From NCBI RefSeq assembly GCF_001194135.2, contig NC_068995.1:40295915-40359914 (forward strand): 64,000 bases of DNA. Reading direction: 5' to 3'. Below the pieces are notes generated by a model. The model ran no database searches, was not told where the DNA came from, and was given only the letters and a program-made list of their open reading frames with translations. This stretch comes from Octopus bimaculoides (lineage: Eukaryota). This document shows, piece after piece, positions 61,866 to 64,000 of the stretch. A program made the position numbers and the translations under genes. Each line of letters opens with the position of its first letter. The first letter of the stretch is position 1.

Positions 61866-64000
61866 ATATATATGTATATATCAGATGGATGTGTTATAAT
61901 ACTGTTCTACACATACAATAACAGCCATACCAACAATCCAACATACATGTATGGATATATATATAAACTGTGTACGTGTGTCTTTTTGTCCACCACCACT
62001 GCTTGGTAACTGGAGTTGGAGTGTTTACATTTCTATAACCTAACAGTTCAGCAAAAGAGACTGATGGAATAAGTACTGAAGTTGATTCGTTTGACTAAAA
62101 GATTCTTCAAGGTGGTGCCCCAGCATGGCCACAGTCTAATTAACTGAAACAAGTAAAAGAAGTTATATATGGCGCAGGAGTGGCTGTGTGGTAAGTAGCT
62201 TGCTTACCAACCACATGGTTCCGGGTTCAGTCCCACTGCGTGGCACCTTGGGCAAGTGTCTTCTACTATAGCCTCGGGCTGACCAAAGCCTTGTGAGTGG
62301 ATTTGGTAGACGGAAACTGAAAGAAGCCTGTCGTATATATATATATATATATATGTTTGTGTGTCTGTGTTTGTCCCCCCACCATCGCTTGACAACTGAT
62401 GCTGGTGTGTTTACGTCCCCATAACTTAGCGGTTCGGCAAAAAGAGACCAATAGAATAAGTACTAGGCTTACAAAGAATAAGTCCTGGGGTCGATTTGCT
62501 TCGACTAAAGGCGGTGCTCCAGCATGTCCGCAGTCAAATGACTTAAACAAGTAAAAGAGTATGTGTGTGTGTTAACTCCAATATATGTTAATTTATGTGA
62601 GAATAAACATGTCTTGCTTTCCAATATAGTTTTGTTCCTTTGATCAACAGTACACGTCACCAGATTTGGAAAGTAATAAAATTAATCCTAAATTTATCTT
62701 ATTGCATTTAAGCCTGCTAAGTGTACAATGAACTGACCAAATAAAACCACAGTCTGGGAATATTTTCAGATGCTTTCCCTCCAATGTTTTTAACTTTTTC
62801 ACAAAGACAGGACTACATTAAGACTGTTGTGTACTGAGTGAGCAAGACAATGTTTTTGTCGTCTAGGATACCAGCCTATTGTTGGTTGACCTCTCTCTCA
62901 CAGGTCCTTGTAGTTATTCTATTCTCTACAATTATATATAGACCAATAAACCAAGCCACATATTAATATGGCTTTTTGTTGATATGAAAACATGTTTGAA
63001 CTGGATTTTATCACAATGCCAATGAACTGCTAGTCCAGTAGTTGATCTGTTCAGTTGCTTCATATCAACCATAGTTCATGCTTTGAAGAACCATTTTAAA
63101 AATTCTGCCATGTCTTTCATTAAATATTGAAAATAACAAAACGTCTGGAAATATTTTGTTAAGTGTCAAGCTTTGTCACGGATGAATTGATGTTTGGAAC
63201 ATGACTTAACAAAAAGTTCTTACACAGAATTATTTTAACCCTTTAGCATTTAGATTACTCTTTGATATATGATGCTTATTTATTCACATTGTTTTGAATT
63301 TATTTTGCATTATATCACAGCTTCTAGACTTCGAAGATGTGACTGTTTATTTTTAGAATGACATTGTAAGGTAGGTGTGAAAGGCCAGATCTGTCCAGTT
63401 TGAACATAGAACAGTTAGAATATTTGGGCCTGATATCGCTAGTTTAAATGATAGAGGGCTAAGGGCTTATGATTTAAGAGCATTTGGAAACACATCGATG
63501 GAACCAAGATGGTATTATGTTGGTTTAGATTAAAAGGAGTTAAATACTTCTTTCTGGATCACAGATGAGGGAACATTTCATTAATCATTAAGTGCATGTT
63601 GTTGGTAACCATTATAGTGTGTCAATTGAGACAGAAAAATGATAGAAGTCCACTTACAGGGTCTGAGCCATATATCTCTTACTTACTTCCATATGGTATT
63701 CATCTAACACCTTTTTGAGCGTGGCTGTTGCCAGTACCGTGTGACTGGCCCTCGTGCCAGTGGCACGTAAAAGCACCCATTACACTCTCGGAGTGGTTGG
63801 CGTTAGGAAGGGCATCCAGCTGTAGAAACTCTGCCAAATCAGATTGGAGCCTGGCGTAGCCTCTTCTGGCTTGCCAGTCCTCAGTCAAATCGTCCAACCC
63901 ATGCTAGCATGGAAAGCGGACGTTAAACGACGACGATGATGATGATGATTTCCATATGGTATTCATCTATCAATTCCACTTAACTACAAAGTAATACTTG

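Noticed and set aside
60765-62009. 414-aa and other long ORFs in the track
   Set aside because: Their length comes from N-gaps translated as X; only the ANAPC11 exon part (to 60822) is real.
60823-64000. Search for the ANAPC11 exon encoding VWGQCSHCFHMHC
   Set aside because: Not found in readable sequence; presumably beyond the right edge or inside the 60913-61804 gap, so no feature is called.
1-64000. CRISPR arrays, rRNA or prokaryotic operon-like systems
   Set aside because: The window is intron-rich eukaryotic DNA; its repeats are dispersed TEs and microsatellites, with no regularly spaced direct-repeat array.

Overview
This is AT-rich, repeat-dense animal genomic DNA with about 15 N-gaps. 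The SINE and RTE repeat landscape suggests an octopus or other coleoid cephalopod, but that is an inference. I reconstructed three spliced genes by hand from GT-AG junctions and reading-frame phases. (1) AGGF1 (minus strand): 8 coding exons from ATG 12495 down to 212, running off the left edge. (2) DIS3L (minus strand): complete, with a non-coding first exon near 56044-56160 and 23 coding exons from 51965 to the stop at 19290, totalling 3183 nt or 1060 aa. (3) ANAPC11 (plus strand): head-to-head with DIS3L across about 200 bp. The top finding is that ANAPC11 stays in frame only if a single-nucleotide exon (G at 57461, context ttcttttctgtattacAG-G-GTgagt) is spliced between exon 56381-56399 and exon 60704-60822. 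It supplies the middle base of Ser7 (A|G|C). Other notable items: a tRNA-headed SINE family whose tail contains a Penelope-type minimal hammerhead ribozyme and has 5' inverted tails; an inverted intronic copy of a DIS3L splice acceptor; an AGGF1 FHA domain that has lost its phosphothreonine-binding residues; and TTAGGG-armed fold-back elements near both 5' gene ends. Introns are filled with tRNA-SINEs, RTE-LINE fragments, Tc1 and maT remnants, hAT and piggyBac-type MITEs, and microsatellites. Repeat boundaries are approximate; exon boundaries were counted by hand.
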